From positions 1 to 64,000 of IMG/VR virus record IMGVR_UViG_3300028557_002174: a stretch of DNA of 64,000 nt. One strand, 5' to 3'. The notes under the pieces are model-generated. The model saw nothing but the letters and a program-made list of their open reading frames with translations. It had not been told where the DNA came from and searched no databases. How positions within the stretch are numbered: position 1 is the stretch's first letter; each line of letters starts with the position of its first letter. Below, piece by piece: positions 62,044 to 64,000 of this stretch. Source of the stretch: an uncultured virus (IMG/VR IMGVR_UViG_3300028557_002174). Its lineage: Duplodnaviria > Heunggongvirae > Uroviricota > Caudoviricetes. The translations under genes and the position numbers were made by a program.

Positions 62044-63072
62044 ATGAGTTCAGAAGTAAATAATATCAGTGCGGAATTAAGAAGAGACAAGGACCTTTGG
62101 AAATTGGGACCTGATTGTCCTAAAGAAGGGTTAATGGCGCACGCTTTATTTGACCATTTGGTCTATAGTAATGAGATAAATGCGTTGGATGAACAAGGTA
62201 AAGAAAGAAAAAGACAACTTGAGTTAAGAAAAAGTCAAATTGAAGATGAAATGCAAAATGACACCCAAGGGTTAAAGACTAGTTTACAACAACAGTTAGA
62301 ACAAATTGATGAAGAGTTATCTGAGTTTAATGATTATTATGATGTGTATGATATCATCCCAAAAAATGAAGAATTCTATAGTAATATGGAAATTTTTGAA
62401 ACTTCATGGGATAATAGCCAATATGCTATAGGTAATGAAAAAGAAGTGAAGTGGTCTGCTGAGGAATACGCAAAAGAAATGATTGAGAGTGAAGGTATAA
62501 ATTTTTTCTCAAACAATTTTCTTGAAAATTATATTGATGATGATAGTGTTCAAAGATATGCTGAGGACATGTATAATGACTTGATTTACCAAGACCCTGA
62601 AAGTTGGTTGGACAAGTCACAAAGAGAAACTTCATATGTTCAAGATAATGAAATAAAGTATTTGAATTATCAGATTGAAAAAGTTAGGGGTGAGATTGTT
62701 AATTTACAACAATTAATGGAAAAATCGCCAAGAGAATTACGTGGGGTATTTGAAAATAAAATATCCCAATTGGAAAATAATGCCATCTATGAGTTTGAGC
62801 AAAAGATAGAAGAAATAGAAGAAAGTCCCGAAGGTGATTTTCCTGATGATTTAATTAATCAAGTGATTGATGGGAGGGTAAGTGATGCTATGGACGATAC
62901 TTTAAGTTTTATTAGGGAATGGGATTTAGGACTTTCATACTTTATTTATGAAGATGATTTGATTGAAGGGTGGATTGATAGTGATGGTTATGAGATAATG
63001 TCTCTTTATGATGGTAAAGTTGATGAACAAAAAGTAGAGGGTGTTTATTATTTTATCATAAGAGTTGAATAA
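62044..63072 (+). CDS. Acidic coiled-coil hypothetical protein
   Basis: ATG at 62044 after TATTTAT (62029); very Asp/Glu-rich. Confidence 0.7.
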   Translation: MSSEVNNISAELRRDKDLWKLGPDCPKEGLMAHALFDHLVYSNEINALDEQGKERKRQLELRKSQIEDEMQNDTQGLKTSLQQQLEQIDEELSEFNDYYDVYDIIPKNEEFYSNMEIFETSWDNSQYAIGNEKEVKWSAEEYAKEMIESEGINFFSNNFLENYIDDDSVQRYAEDMYNDLIYQDPESWLDKSQRETSYVQDNEIKYLNYQIEKVRGEIVNLQQLMEKSPRELRGVFENKISQLENNAIYEFEQKIEEIEESPEGDFPDDLINQVIDGRVSDAMDDTLSFIREWDLGLSYFIYEDDLIEGWIDSDGYEIMSLYDGKVDEQKVEGVYYFIIRVE

Positions 63073-63099
63073 ATAAAATGGTGTTTTATTCTTATGTAA

Positions 63100-63885
63100 A
63101 TGGCGAGGAAGAAAAAATCATTTAAATTAAATCCTGATTGGATGCTCTCGCAACCAATAGATTTTGAATATAACAAATATACCTTACTTAATTACATTCA
63201 AAAATGTGAGGAAAATTTTGACGAGTTTAAAATTTATCCTGATTTTGTTGAGTTGGCACTTCACTTAGCAAATGTTCAATCTTTAGTTAAAGAAAAAAGA
63301 TTACTACAAACAAAAAAGAAATTTGAATCTTGTGATGATGAGATTCTTTTGAAAGAACTTCAACCACTTAAGTTACCCGAACTACAAGACAGTGATTTTG
63401 GTGAGTTAGAAAAGACATTGGTTTTTTCTGGTAACAGATTGATGGACACCTTTAATATTGGGAAGTCCATTTGGTCCATAGTATATGAATCAACAACCAT
63501 CAATCTAAAGAAAAACAAAGACAACATGGGGGTTGGTCACGGATACATCTATTATCCCAACAAAAGTAAGAAACAAGTATTTTTGTGGGAGTATTCAATC
63601 AGAAAGATGAAAAGAACCAAATCAGACGCCAAGATTTATTTTGATATGGTATGGAGTGGTGACCCTCAAGGTCAACGAGTTACCACGTTAGTTAAAGATG
63701 CAACATCGTGGAAGGACTTGGTGGATTTCACCAAGTTACCGATATTTGAGGTAAATACCAATGAGAATTTTCCATTTGAACAGACTTTGGTTCCGATGTT
63801 AAAGAGAAAACTATTGGCGTATATCCTTCAAAGTGTTCCAAAAGAAGATTGGGAATCGTTTGACAGTTTAAAAATTATTTCCTAA
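63100..63885 (+). CDS. Hypothetical protein
   Basis: 261-aa ORF containing PIDFEYNKYTLLNY and FPFEQTLVPMLKRK. Confidence 0.7.
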   Translation: MARKKKSFKLNPDWMLSQPIDFEYNKYTLLNYIQKCEENFDEFKIYPDFVELALHLANVQSLVKEKRLLQTKKKFESCDDEILLKELQPLKLPELQDSDFGELEKTLVFSGNRLMDTFNIGKSIWSIVYESTTINLKKNKDNMGVGHGYIYYPNKSKKQVFLWEYSIRKMKRTKSDAKIYFDMVWSGDPQGQRVTTLVKDATSWKDLVDFTKLPIFEVNTNENFPFEQTLVPMLKRKLLAYILQSVPKEDWESFDSLKIIS

Positions 63886-63890
63886 TTTTG
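63859..63890 (+). promoter_or_regulatory. Bacteroidota-type sigma-A promoter
   Basis: TTTG (63859-62), 20-nt spacer, TAATTTTG (63883-90), 4 nt before ATG 63895. Confidence 0.55.
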
Positions 63891-63894
63891 TTTC

Positions 63895-64000
63895 ATGGGA
63901 TTCACAAAACGATTCGTAGACCAAAAGAAAGTGAAAGTTCATTTGGAAAATTCCGATTTGAAGACTTTGTTCTCTCCGAGGGTTGATGCTTTTATTTTTA
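63895..64000 (+). CDS. 5' part of a hypothetical protein (runs off the window)
   Basis: MGFTKRFVDQKKVKVHLENSDLK... is open to the end of the window. Confidence 0.5.
   Translation, partial: MGFTKRFVDQKKVKVHLENSDLKTLFSPRVDAFIF

Noticed and set aside
1..64000. Stop-codon reassignment as seen in some large phages
   Set aside because: Genes are full length and densely packed under the standard code; TAG (e.g. 12441, 25713) and TGA (e.g. 4247, 20911) end genes at sensible boundaries.
1..64000. tRNA, rRNA or structured ncRNA genes
   Set aside because: None were recognised; intergenic gaps are short and AT-rich. A covariance-model scan would be needed to exclude them.

Overview
This is a 64-kb segment of an AT-rich, gene-dense large (jumbo-type) tailed phage genome using the standard genetic code. 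The host is most likely a Bacteroidota bacterium: three TTTG-N20/21-TAnnTTTG promoters, A-rich leaders lacking obvious Shine-Dalgarno sites, and a Bacteroidota-type Hc1/H1-like gene. In order, the window holds: (1) the 3' end of a probable fibre gene; (2) a ~14-kb glycosylation island with HldD, split HldE kinase and nucleotidyltransferase, a cupin, a GT4 fused to an Aah/TibC-type iron-finger protein O-heptosyltransferase, a GT-D glycosyltransferase, aminotransferase, acetyl-, methyl- and sulfotransferase-like genes and a SET protein; (3) four mucin-like Thr/Pro-rich Cys-rich proteins and a probable baseplate protein; (4) replication and recombination genes (RuvC-like, primase, PD-(D/E)XK nuclease, SbcD, SbcC) and a sigma-70 factor; (5) a probable lysis module; (6) putative head-associated proteins, Hc1, DnaJ, an RHH-LAGLIDADG-Dam unit, thioredoxin and glutaredoxin; (7) three tandem collagen-like fibres with S74 chaperone domains; and (8) a GIY-YIG endonuclease and hypothetical genes. 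The most notable signal is a candidate self-contained phage system for making an NDP-heptose and O-glycosylating its own mucin-like and collagen-like virion proteins. All family calls come from motif recognition by eye; no database search was run.
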